A stretch of DNA of 64,000 bases from Macrostomum hystrix (Eukaryota > Animalia > Platyhelminthes). Position numbers and translations under genes: made by a program. The DNA lies in assembly GCA_950097015.1 (NCBI GenBank), contig CATNEN010000039.1, forward strand, positions 14,260,001 to 14,324,000, written 5' to 3'. Under the pieces are notes generated by a model. It was not told where the DNA came from. It searched no databases and was given only the letters and a program-made list of their open reading frames with translations. Of this stretch, positions 46,647 through 59,526 are shown piece after piece (within the stretch, counting starts at the first letter, position 1; each line of letters begins with the position of its first letter).

Positions 46647-47289
46647 GGGTAATGTATCATCAACCAAACAAGAATGTGTATTTTTTTAACTTCAAACCTA
46701 AGCTACAGATTTTCTATTTAAGATATGATGATAAATCAAAAGCCAAGTTATAGAAAACAGTTACATCTTTCTAAAAAGTATATGCTTTTGCTATTTTGTC
46801 AAATAGAAAAAAAGTTATTCCTGTTTTTTATCTAAAACCGAACAATGATTTTCATGTATCTTCAAACCAAACAGAGAATTTGATGTTTGGTTTTAAAATT
46901 TGAGTGAGTGGTTTAATCCTATTTTAAGGAGTGGACTATCATGAATTACGTCATTTGAAAGCATTTTTCATGCTCTATAAATAACTACATTTATGGTCAT
47001 TTAATTGGCAAGCAACCATATACAATCTTCGTCTAAAGTACATACTAAAAAAATGTTGTTAAAAAGTATGCTTTTGCAAAAAAAATTTCTACTGAAACAT
47101 CAATATCTTTCTTTCCTCTTAATGCTTCATTGCACATCATGCCTCAGCTTGTAGATAATTTCTTCAACTTTCAAATTAGTTGTTCTGTGAAACACAATAG
47201 CTTGCTTCTGTCTTGCACGAGACCAAGGAAGGAGTCAAAATTATTGTTCGGTTTTGAAGATACACTGTTCGGTTGATGATACATTACCC
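46647..47289. mobile_element. ~640-bp MITE with TA target duplication
   Basis: gggtaatgtatcatcaaccaaaca pairs with tgttcggttgatgatacattaccc; TA on both sides. Confidence 0.75.
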
Positions 47290-48941
47290 TATTGATCATA
47301 TATAGGCCCCTAACTATGAATAAGTAGGTAGGGGGTAATTCCATGAGAAGTTCATCAATGGGACATCATCTTATATAATAAAAATGATTTTTATGCTATT
47401 TATCAAAGTTTATATTTCTTTTTGTAAAATAAATATACTTTTATGTTCAAAGTTTTAAATATATTTATCTACCTTTAGGTTTATATTTTTTGTTTTGATC
47501 ATAGTACCCCTACAATCATTTCAATGTTCCACAGGACATTATAAAAAGTGAATCTAGTTTTCATTAAGGAACTAAGGAATTTAGGAACTGAGTCAGGCAA
47601 TCTTGAAGTTTATGTTCTGTTGAAGGTTCATGGTAGGTTTGATCTGAAATGTGAGATTAGTGTAATAAATTTTATGGCTAGAAAAGCATTAAATATTATT
47701 ATCCAAACACAGATATTATCCAAAATAGAAAGTTTCCTTATGCTGTTTTAAAAAATGATGGTCATTTTTTGAAACAAATGACCGTCAGTCCAATGACCAT
47801 CATCTAAGAAAAAACATGCAACACACTGGCTACTAAAATGTGAAAATTGTTTTATAGCAGTTTATCTAGCTATTGTTTACTACAACAAATGATTGATTCA
47901 GACAAAAACTTGCCTGATTCACAGGAATCTTGAACTTACTTTGAAAATTTGAGTATGTCACTCTCACCAAAAATGACCATCATTGTATTTATCTGGGTAG
48001 TGTATTTAGTTAGTCCATAATTAGTTATTCTGGCTGATTACTTTTTTGCATGTACGTATTTCTAAATATAGGTTTTCTATAGAGTGTTACCAATGATTTA
48101 AAGTGTACAGCAATACTTTCTACTCCTCTCTCTTTAATTCTCTTAGTATTTGTCTCCAAATGTTTGTAAAGAATCAAAGAACACTTCTGAGTATTGTATA
48201 CAGACCTGAATGGTAAGTTTCTAAAAAATGTAACTTAGAGATCATCTAAAGCAAATGGAATAAAATGATCAAAACTTTATGATATTAGAAACCCAATGAC
48301 AATTATGTTTAGCTAATACAGTAGAAAATAAGAATTTCACATCAAATAGGAATACTTTGCTTACAAGCAAAGTTTATTTGCGATATAAAATACTTTTGGC
48401 CTGAAGAATGTGGCAGAGCCATGTCCACATCATTGGCAATAGCCATTGTATTGACATCAATTTATAGCCAATCCTATAATAATACTATTAATCCTATATT
48501 AATCCTTTATTGCTTAATATAGGTGCCTGCAAAGGTAGTCTATCTACCTGAAAGATGCAATGGGGTTAAATAATTAATGGTTGACACCTTTATCTTTGTA
48601 TTTCTATGAATGGTTGGCCTTATTTTGAATTTTTTGGAAGATGGTATTGACTTCTGTGATAATTTAAACATTTTTTCATTTGTATTTACTCACTATAGCC
48701 CCTATCTTGAGTTATGAATAAGGGACCTTGTAATATTAACCAAGAGCTTGCTTTCACCTAGTTTTTTATTGCTAACAAAAATAACAAAATTGCAGCTCCT
48801 GAGCATTTTGTTATTATTCATTGCATCGGCCAGTTCAACCAGCAAAGCAGCAATTGAGGCCGAAACATTAATTGGAGAATACATTTCTAAGGCTTAATTT
48901 AGTCACCTCAGTGGCCAGATTTTGTTGCAGCAGTTTTAGCT

Positions 48942-51900
48942 ATGGAATCTGGCAGTGGTTCTAAAAAGGCAGACTTCATTGTTGGCAGCAAGTATAAGTT
49001 AACTAGAAAGATTGGCAGCGGATCATTTGGAGAGATCTACCTCGGCATTAGCGTTATCAATGGCGAAGAGGTGGCCGTGAAGCTGGAACCAGTCACTGCG
49101 CGGCATCCGCAGCTGCTCTATGAGAGCAAAGTGTACAAGATTCTGCAGGACGGCATTGGCATACCCACTATCAGGTTAGCCGGCCATTTAATTGCTCTTA
49201 ATAACTAGCCCAGGAATGCTAGCCCACACAGCTCATGAATTGACACACTGAAACTTTCCAACACCCTCCAACATCTCTTACCTGGCTTATCATTCCTTTG
49301 TCTTATCTTAGCACTGTCTAATCACATCCCTGTCTTATCTATCGCGAGTCCCATATCTCATTGCTCCCGTGTCTAATCTCTCCCCGTCTATCTCTCCTGT
49401 CTCACCTGTACCCTGTCTTATCTCTCCCCTGTCTCATTTCTCCCCTGCCTCATCTCGTCTATCCCGTTTCTCTTCTGTTCCCTTGTCAGTAAGTCGCAAG
49501 TCAGTGAGACAACGCAGCCCCCACACAGCTTGCCTCTTGATACTTTTTGCATAGCTTACCAACAATATCAGAATAAAAGTGCAGCGATGTGCGTGACAAA
49601 CTTGAAATGACTTTAGAACGAACCAAATTAATTATGAGCTAGTTTGCGCATGTTAAGTTTCATCTAAGATGACTCGACTAAAAATCGGAACTAGAAAAAA
49701 AGTTATTAAAGAATGTCATTTTGATTTGCGTATTTACCTAAACTGCACTTCCGTTGCTCTCAGCTGTTTTTATGTGTCTGCGGCAAAAAAAATCACTGAG
49801 GCGCGTCGTAATAACGGGTCTATATGAAATATAACATAATTAAACAAAGCAGCATGCTCTCATAATGTCCTCAGGTGGTACGGGCAGGACGGCGTGAAGA
49901 ACCAATACAACTGCCTGGTCATGGACCTGCTAGGCCCCAGTCTTGAAGACCTGTTTACATTCTGTTCGCGCCGATTCACTATGAAAACTGTACTGATGTT
50001 GGCCGATCAGATGCTGTGCCGTGTTGAATTTGTGCACAACAAGAATTTCATTCACCGGTAATTTATGGGAAATTTCATTACACTCCTGATCCTCATGCTC
50101 ACCTAGATCTTATTTTGAGATCTTCGCCATCTAAGAATCCTTTAGATTAAAGGATTAACAGGATTAAAAGAAAAATGATCTTCAGATGGGATCTTTTGAC
50201 TCCCCAGATCCTTAGATGGGATCTTTAGGCTCCCCAGATCCTCAGATGGGATCTTTAGACTGCCCAGATCCTCAGATAAAATCTTTCGACTCCCCAGATC
50301 CTCAGATGGGATCTTTAGGCTCCCCAGATCCTCAGATGGGATCTTTAGACTGCCCAGATCCTCAGATAAAATCTTTCGACTCCCCAGATCCTTAGATGGG
50401 ATCTTTAAACTCCGCAGATCCTCAGATGAGATCTTATGACTCCCCAGATCCTTAGATGGGATCTTTTGACTCCCCAGATCCTCAGATGGGATCTTTTGAC
50501 TCCCCAGATCCTCAGATGGGATCTTTTGACTCCCCAGATCCTCAGATGGGATCTTTAGACTCCTCAGATCCTTAGATGGGATCTTTAGACTCCCCAGATC
50601 CTCAGATGGGATCTTTAGACTCCCCAGATCCTCAGATGGGATCTTTAGGCTCCCCAGATCCTCAGATGGGATCTTTAGACTCCCCAGATCCTTAGATGGG
50701 ATCTTTAGACTCCCCAGATCCTCAGATGGGATCTTTAGGCTCCCCAGATCCTCAGATGGGATCTTTAGGCTCCCCAGATCCTCAGATGGGATCTTTAGAC
50801 TCCCCAGATCCTCAGATGGGATCTTTAGGCTCCCCAGATCCTCAGATGGGATCTTTAGGCTCCCCAGATCCTCAGATGGGATCTTTAGACTGCCCAGATC
50901 CTCAGATAAAATCTTTCGACTCCCCAGATCCTTAGATGGGATCTTTAAACTCCGCAGATCCTTAGATGGGATCTTTTGACTCCCCAGATCCTCAGATGGG
51001 ATCTTTTGACTCCCCAGATCCTCAGATGGGATCTTTAGACTCCCCAGATCCTCAGATGGGATCTTTAGACTCCCCAGATCCTCAGATGAGATCTTTAGAC
51101 TCCCCAGATCCTTAGATGGGATCTTTAGACTCCTCAGATCCTTAGATGGGATCTTTAGACTCCCCAGATCCTCAGATGGGATCTTTAGACTCCCCAGATC
51201 CTCAGATGGGATCTTTTGACTCCTCAGATCCTCAGTTTAGGTCTTTAGGCTCCCCAGATCCTCAGGTGGGATCTTTAGAATGCAGTTTTGGACTGTGATT
51301 TGTTTTTTTGTTTTGATTCTTTTTTTAATTTCACCGTTCCACAGCGACATTAAGCCGGACAATTTTCTCATGGGCATTGGGCGCCACTGCAACAAACTTT
51401 TCCTCGTGGACTTCGGACTAGCAAAGAAATACCGGTAAGAATAATGCTCACGGATCGCTGTAAAAATGGTCATCTGAGTAGATATGTGCGATATGCTTAG
51501 GAAAATAGAATGGGTACCTGTGCCTTTATTTAGAAGGCCTAATTCTTAGTCATATGGTTAGTATACAGATTGTTAATTATTAATGAGCGGAAGCATTCCT
51601 TCTAAATCTTCAGTGACTCGCGTACCAAGGCGCACATCGCCTATCGCGATGACAAGAACCTGACTGGCACAGCCCGCTACGCATCCGTGAATGCCCACGC
51701 TGGCATCGAACAGTCTCGACGAGACGATCTGGAAAGTCTTGGCTACGTCTTTATGTACTTTCTGCGCTCTACGCTACCTTGGCAGGGACTCAAGGTTGGC
51801 TTTGCGTATCTGTCTATTTTTTTAACTTGCATTCTTATCACTGTAGTCATTGCTCATGTCAATCCCGGATGTTGCTTCTGTCGTTCTTTTCATTCTGGGT

Positions 51901-53167
51901 GTTGCTTACGTCATTCTAGTCATTCTGGATATTGCTGATGTCATTTTTGTCATTCTGGAGGGTACTGATGTCATTCTTGTCATTCTGGATGTTGCTGATG
52001 TCATTCTTGTCATTCTGGATGTTGCTGGTGTCATTATTGTCATTTTGGATGTTGCTGATGTCATTCTTGTCATTCTGGATGTTGCTGATGTCATTCTTGT
52101 CATTTTGGATGTTGCTGATGTCATTCTTGTCATTCTGGGTGTTGCTGATGTCATTATTGTCATTCTGGATGTTGCTGATGTCATTATTGTCATTTTGGAT
52201 GTTGCTGATGTCATTCTTGTCATTTTGGATGTTGCTGATGTCATTCTTGTCATTCTGGGTGTTGCTGATGTCATTATTGTCATTCTGGATGTTGCTGATG
52301 TCATTATTGTCATTTTGGATGTTGCTGACGTCATTCTTGTCATTCTGGATGTTGCTTACGTCATTCTTTTCATTCTGGGTGTTGCTGATGTCATTCTTGT
52401 CATTCTGGATGTTGCTGACGTCATTCTAGTCATTTTGGATGTTGCTGATGTCATTCTTGTCATTCTGGATGTTGCTTACGTCATTCTTTTCATTCTGGGT
52501 GTTGCTGATGTCATTCTTGTCATTCTGGATGTTGCTGATGTCATTCTTGTCATTCTGGATGTTGCTGACGTCATTCTAGTCATTTTGGATGTTGCTGATG
52601 TCATTCTTGTCATTCTGGATGTTGCTTACGTCATTCTTTTCATTCTGGGTGTTGCTGATGTCATTCTTGTCATTCTGGATGTTGCTGACGTCATTCTAGT
52701 CATTTTGGATGTTGCTGATGTCATTCTTGTCATTCTGGATGTTGCTGATGTCATTCTTGTCATTCTGGATGTTGCTGATGTCATTCTTGTCATTCTGGCT
52801 TTGTAAAACCAACCCACAGGCGAACAACAAGAAGCAGAAGTACGAACGAATCTATGAGAAGAAAGTCTCAACGCCAATCGAGAGCCTGACTAAGGGCTAC
52901 CCGCCTGAATTCAGTCGCTACCTGAGCTATTGCCGCAACCTGAAATTTGAAGAGGCCCCAGACTATCGCTGGCTGCGCGAAAATTTTCGCATCCTCTTTC
53001 GCACGCTTAACTTTGTCTTCGACTACGTATTCGATTGGACTCTGTTGAAGCAGCGTGCCACCACCACCTCCGGCTCGGTTGGCGGCACTTCTAACAACGC
53101 CGCCTTAGTTGGCGGCATTGGCCAGCAGCCGATGCTGCCTAGCAACAACGCCCCGGGTCACCGGTGA
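48942..53167 (+). CDS. CSNK1A1: Casein kinase I alpha (~344 aa)
   Basis: Exons 48942-49174, 49875-50057, 51345-51434, 51614-51794, 52820-53167; phase-consistent (1035 nt). Motifs [115 protein letters not shown] is alpha-type. Confidence 0.96.
50180..51280. repeat. 30-bp minisatellite (atctttagactccccagatcctcagatggg)n in CK1 intron 2
   Basis: Period exactly 30. Confidence 0.97.
51868..52799. repeat. 30-bp minisatellite (gttgctgatgtcattcttgtcattctggat)n filling CK1 intron 4
   Basis: Period exactly 30; ends 20 bp before the acceptor. Confidence 0.97.
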
Positions 53168-55054
53168 CTTGACTGTGTTTGACGAGAAGGCCTAACCTAG
53201 CTAGGGTTTCGTGTTTCTTATTTTTAACCTTTGGCCCGCCGGCGATTTGGGATACGGGGAAAATAGACAGGAATTTAATAAAAGTGCTCATGCACTTATC
53301 GACAAATGGTTCGGTACTTGCACTCTAAAGAGCATGTTCAGTAGAAAGTACATCGACCTTTTAAAGTACATATGTACTTTTATTTGTACTTTAAAAGTGC
53401 AAGTCTGCGTAGACTGCTTAAATTGCAAAACAACACAAAATCAGGGATTAATTAATATATTTACTGTCTCGTGCCTTTTTAAATGCGCGAATAGTAATAA
53501 TAATAGAGATACATCTGTTGTGTGTGAAGATTTGTTATTTAAAAGTTGATGCGCAGATAAGCTAACTCTTGAAGCTTTATCTAGGGCGCATCAAAATCTT
53601 CAGCGGCGCCTGGGTTTCTATAAGACTGCCTTCTACCGTTTTTATTCTATCGCTAATGACTAATACAAAACAACTACAGCAAGCGAATGTTTAATTTTGA
53701 TCTCGAATGTGTGTTGACTAAAATTAAATCCCGGGGGAATAACGTTGCTAGCAGGCAAGCATGACAGCGAGATCCTGCTCACCTTGTTGTACCTTTGAGT
53801 TTTCTGCAACAATTCGTCTTAATTTTTCCTATGTGTATCTTTCGCGCTCCAAAATCTTCTTAATTGATTTTTTGTTTACTAAATAATACTTTATCTTTGA
53901 AGAAGCAAGATATTTATTTTTTCTTTGTCAAGCCTTGTCTTATAATTTACTTAATAATTTTAGCCTTTGGCCTTAAGAGAATGACAATAGTTGAGGATCT
54001 ATAAAAGCAACAACAGCTACTGTGATAAGCAGCTATCGGTATCCGGGAACTTTAATGGGCACACTGGCACAGACCCGCCAATTAGTTGTGTATTTGATTA
54101 CCTGTCAACTTGATTCAATACAAGCCTAGATACAATTACTTTATTTGTTTTAACTTCTTCTCATATTTTTATTTTATTTTACAGTAGGTTACTTTGCTTT
54201 ATACGGTAAAATGTATACGTTCAAGTACGCATGAAAATATATCGATACGTAGGAAATTGTAAATGTAGGTTAAACTCGAGTTTTAACTCTGTTTTTTTTA
54301 ATTCCTTCTTGTTTTGCAGCATTCAATTGAAAAATAAATTAGTTTGTTATTCTTTGTTTTGTCCTATGTTTTTAAACAAACGATATATTACTACTAGTAG
54401 TAGCTGCGTAAAATGCATTAAATCCTTATTGATCGAGTAGACCAAGGACAGGGGACGCTTGTCTTCTTACTAACTATTTATTTGATAAAGTTTCTTTTTG
54501 AAACTCGCCACCCGCTGAGCCTAGTGTTCTCAGCCTGATATTGTATTGGTCGCCGCGTTAGGCAGAGCTTAAACGGCAACAATGAAATTAAAGAGAATTG
54601 TAAATTTCTGTTTTTAAAAAATATAAATAAAAATGCACAATTTGCTACATATACTACTCTAAATATTTCTCTAGTAGTGAGGAGAGGCAACAACATCAGC
54701 TGGTCTCTACGATGTTCTTTATTTATTAATGTGAAAATGTAATAATATACTAATACTATTCCCTCCTCTAAAACAGATAGAGATGGAATTGAGAAGACTG
54801 AGAAAAAATAGCACAAGGGATATATGACAGACAGTAGAGATGAGAGAGTATAGATAAAACACGAGGTGGTGGGATAAATAAGAGTGCGAGATAAAACAAG
54901 GAAGAGATGAGGCATTAGAAATGAGACAACAAAAAGATAACGCATAGGATGAGAGGAGATGAGAGAAAATATATGGGAGAGATGAGAGAAGATGGGGCAC
55001 GGGGGAGATAAGACGGAATATATTCAATAGGAAAGAGATAGGGCATTTTAAATA

Positions 55055-55808
55055 AGAGACAGTGAGAAACTGGGACACGGTAGAGATGACACTGAGAAAC
55101 TGGGACACGGTAGAGATGAGACTGAGAAACTGGGACACGGTAGAGATGAGACTGAGAAACTGGGACACGGTAGAGATGAGACAGTGAGAAACTGGGACAC
55201 GGTAGAGATGAGACAGTGAGAAAATGGGACACGGTAGAGATGAGACAGTGAGAAACTGGGACACGGTAGAGATGAGACAGTGAGAAACTGGGACACGGTA
55301 GAGATGAGACTGAGAAACTGGGACACGGTAGAGATGAGACAGTGAGAAACTGGGACACGGTAGAGATGAGACAGTGAGAAAATGGGACACGGTAGAGATG
55401 AGACAGTGAGAAACTGGGACACGGTAGAGATGAGACAGTGAGAAACTGGGACACGGTAGAGATGAGACAGATAGAAAATGGGACACGGTAGAGATGAGAC
55501 AGTGAGAAACTGGGACACGGTAGAGATGAGACAGTGAGAAACTGGGACACGGTAGAGATGAGACAGATAGAAAATGGGACACGGTAGAGATGAGACTGAG
55601 AAACTGGGACACGGTAGAGATGAGACAGTGAGAAACTGGGACACGGTAGAGATGAGACAGATAGAAAATGGGACACGGTAGAGATGAGACTGAGAAACTG
55701 GGACACGGTAATGATGAGACAGTGAGAAACTGGGACACGGTAGAGATGAGACAGTGAGAAACTGGGACACGGTAGAGATGAGACAGATAGAAAATGGGAC
55801 ACGGTAGA
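55055..55808. repeat. 30/32-bp minisatellite (gggacacggtagagatgagacagtgagaaact)n
   Basis: Direct tandem repeat with degenerate relatives at 54830-55010. Confidence 0.96.
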
Positions 55809-56626
55809 ATTTTTTTTATAAACTTAGCTGTTCAATTAAATTCTGGAATTAGTCTAAAAATAGATCGGTGTGTGGATGAATCGCTTGCACATGTGCTCAT
55901 ACTCAAGCCAAGTCAGCATGTGAACTTTTATCTATATTCAAGCCACGCTGGAGTTGCCACTAGTGCTGGGTTTGTCACCCCCAGTCACTGCTGTCTACAA
56001 TTACAGACTTGCAGGTAAGCAGATAATTTTAAACGGGGGGTAGAGGTAATTCCCCAAACAACAAGTTGTGCTGGAAGCGCAATATGAATGCATTGGCAAA
56101 TTTCATTTTCCACTATTGCACGTCTGTTTCACACTTTAGCTGTGTGCATTTTAGGCCGCGTCCGGTGATTTTCCTGGCCTGTTTTCGGAAATCTCTTTAC
56201 TGTCCGTCTGTGCCTGCCACAGTACCTTGGCGTGATTCCTAACCCCGCTATAGCTTTGATAATGTTTGGCCAGTCGCTGCTCAGTAGTGTGTAATGTATA
56301 TTTTTGGCGCGAAATATCTTAGACAAAGATAATCCAACGTTTACAAAACATTTCCATTGGCTTGCATGCAGGCAACCATGGGGGTGGGAAGGAATTAAGA
56401 AGGCCGAGGGACAGAGGGCAGTTCCTGGCCTTTGCTGGTGGAAAACTGCATGGAATGGCCTCTCAAAGTCGACCTCCCCGACATCTAGTATATATATACG
56501 CACATTGAAGTAGCCTACAACAGCCAACACACCAGCTTGAGCTACAATACAGCGACTACTTGGAGACTAAGGACTTCCACAATTTGTATTCTAGAACCTC
56601 TACTTCCTAAGCTATTCAACTCCGAT

Positions 56627-59526
56627 ATGACGGCCTGCACTGGTAAGTTAGTGTCTAAGCTGTCATCGGAGATTGCTTTCAATTTCTATCGTATCCACTA
56701 ACAATGATAATCTGAATTCCTGCAAACTCAGAAACTCGCCAGCAAATGCTGACGTACTGGAAGGGCCACGGCAAGCCTTCCGTGGAGATGATGATGCTGG
56801 ACAATAATGCAGCTTCCATAGCCGATCGGGAGACTCGCGAGATACTCGACATGCTGCCACCAGTCGACGGTCTAGACGTTGTCGAGCTGGGCGCTGGTAT
56901 CGGACGCTTTACCAAGCACCTGGCGCCGCGGGTGGGAAGCCTGCACGCCTCCGACTTCATGGAAGCGTTCATCGAAAAGAATCGAGAGGAGAATGGTCAC
57001 CATGACAACCTGACGCTGGCCGTGGCCGATGCCACCCAGATGAAGCTGTCAGCCGGTTGTTGCGATCTGGTCTTCTCCAACTGGCTGTTTATGTACCTGG
57101 ACGACGAAGAGGTGCGCAGCGTCTTCGCGCGCATTCTCGACTGGCTTCGACCGGGCGGACACTTCTTCTTCCGCGAGTCCTGCTTCCACCGGTCCGGCTC
57201 CGTCGCCAGAACAGACAACCCGACCAAATACCGGTCACCGCAGCGCTACAATGAGCTGCTGCTGGAGGCCGCCCACGGGACGCATCGCTTCGGTCACGTG
57301 TTCGCCAGGCCAAGCCGCACCTACGTGTCCGCCAAGGGCAACCGCAACCAGATGTGCTGGCTGGTGCGCAAGACCCTGCTGACGACTCCCGATGAGCTGG
57401 CCAGACTGCGCGACGCGCATCGCAGGCTAATGGCCGAGCCGGGCACAGACAGGTGAGACTGGGCTGCCTAAACAGTAATTCCCGGGCTGAAGAGTTCCCA
57501 GCAATGCGTGGCTGAAATTATGCAATGCTGACTCAAATTATATAAAACTGCAGGCTAGAATCAGCCATTGCCGAGGGCAGCGAAGCTGAAGCTCTGTGTC
57601 AGCACCTGGGCGTTCAACCGGGCGAGACTGTCCTGGATGTCGGCTGCGGCCTGGGCGACACCTCCTGCCTGCTAGCTAAGGTGGGTCAAGGACGAGTTAG
57701 TACTTTAGCGATTCGCTAGATAAATAAAGTGACAGATTTCACAGATATTTTCTTCAAAATCAATACTGCGAAAACATTTTTAGAAATTCGGAGCTAACGT
57801 CATCGGCTTCGATATCTCCGGCCCGCTTATCAGCCTGGCCCTGCAGCGGGCCAATCAGCAGGCTGTGCAGAATGTGAGTCTGGCCTCTTAAAACAACGAG
57901 CCATCAAATCTGGAGCATCTCTTTAGATACTTTCCTAACCAGAAGGGGGTGAGTGGCGGAGCGGTTAGCGTTTATGCCTCTCGCACCTGAGCTCGATTCC
58001 GCGTCGAGGCCACATTTATTTGGGGCGCAGCCGCTGAGAGAAGGCTTGGGGTTTGTCGTGCAATTTACGCCCTTAAGGGCCACCTCAAAGGTGCAGTGAA
58101 AGTGTACACTGCCTGTCGGTGAGAAAGTCAGAGCAGATGTACACACCCGTGAGAGCGTATGCCTGCGTACAATATCTGTGTGCGTGTGTGCTGAGGAGTC
58201 AGCGAAATAGCCAGAAATAGACTCCTCGCTGGCTGTGGGTCTAGTGTCACCAGAATGATGTGCCCTTGCCCACAGCCCTACTGCAATTACTATTATTGTT
58301 ATTATTATTAACCCTATCGCTTTAAATATTTCCCCTTCAGGTGATCTTTGAAGTTGCTGACATCGAGACCTGCGAGCTGTACAATGAAGGCGCATTCGAT
58401 GTTATCTACAGCCGTGACGTGATGCACTATGTAACCAACAAGGAGAGCGTTCTGGCCAAGTTTTTCGTGAGTTTATTACTTTTATATAATCATTATACTC
58501 GTACCTTTTTGCGTAAGTGTTTATAGCAGGAGCAATGCATTCTGTCTTGAGGTTATTTTGTTAAAACAATTTATACTCAAATCACTCGCCTGTATTGATA
58601 CTTTTCCGAAAATTTGCAGTACATTTATGTCATATTTCTGGGGCCTAATTGACCTGTTTGTTTTCAAGGGGTAGCTTTTTCTCAGCTTCCACATTTGATA
58701 CACAGTCAAAACATTCGTTTCTTCGTTCCCTGGAGGGGGGAATTCGCTAGTCTAATATACAAACTTTTACGTTGCCGTTACGAATGTATCTTTGCAAATT
58801 ATTATAATTATGCTGTTTTTCCATCAAATTTTTTATTAAAGACAGTCTTTACTGTTGAAAAATTATTTTAAAGTTCACTGTATTTCTCAACTCCCGCTAA
58901 ACTCAAATCCGTAGAAGTGGCTCAAGCCTGGTGGCCGTCTCTTCCTCACCGACTATTGCGCGATCAGCAACGGCCGCCGACAAGTTGACGGCTGCGACCA
59001 AATGACAACGCCGAAGCAGTTATCGCCAGCCGGTGTCACTTACACTAGAGAGGCCTACATTGCTGTTTTGGGACGCGCCGGCTTCGCTAGCTCGGAGGTA
59101 TCCACTGACGACCTGACGCCGAGCTTCGAATTTGCCGCCCTGGCCAAGTGCCGCATTTTGGAGCAGGCCAGGCGAATGTTTGTGCAGGTAAGCGGCACGC
59201 ACACCTGCGACTTCGAAATTTAAATATCCGAGGCGTAGGTCTAAAATCTAAGTAGGTCTAACAAGTTTACTCCCTACTAACTCCCTACCAACACCTTCAC
59301 CCTGAGCATCTACCAAGAGCGTCTCTGATCATCTACAAAAAACTTCATTCTGAGAACCTTCACCTTGAGCATATACCAACTTCCACCGTCTCCCATATTG
59401 CAGCAATTCAACGAGACTCGATTTCAGCAGGCGCAGATTAATTGGCAGCGTCGATTAGCAATGTGCCAGAGCGGCGAGCTGGCCTGGATCCTGTATCACG
59501 TGACCAAGCCGGGTCAGCGCGAATAG
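56627..59526 (+). CDS. PMT: Bipartite phosphoethanolamine N-methyltransferase (~491 aa) with an apparently degenerate second domain
   Basis: Exons 56627-56642, 56732-57452, 57554-57680, 57784-57873, 58341-58466, 58915-59187, 59404-59526; phase-consistent (1476 nt). MT1: YWKGH..SVEMMMLD, VVELGAGIGRFT, FSNWLFMYLDDEE, FFRESCFHRSG, NPTKYR, GNRNQMCW. MT2: VLDVGCGLG, FEVAD, FDVIYSRD, WLKPGGRLFLTDY. Confidence 0.9.
57945..58310 (+). mobile_element. tRNA-derived SINE family A, full-length copy
   Basis: A-box-like tggcggagcgg, B-box-like gagctcgattcc, ~360-bp body and (ATT)n tail; at least 7 related copies in the window. Confidence 0.85.

Noticed and set aside
56732-57452. Recent horizontal transfer or contamination for the GC-rich, intron-free MT1 exon
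   Set aside because: The gene has six canonical introns, contains a host SINE, and bipartite PMTs are known in several animal lineages.
57945-58015. tRNA gene candidates (also ~6860, ~15025, ~63000)
   Set aside because: A/B boxes are present, but there is no complete cloverleaf and each continues into a shared SINE body.
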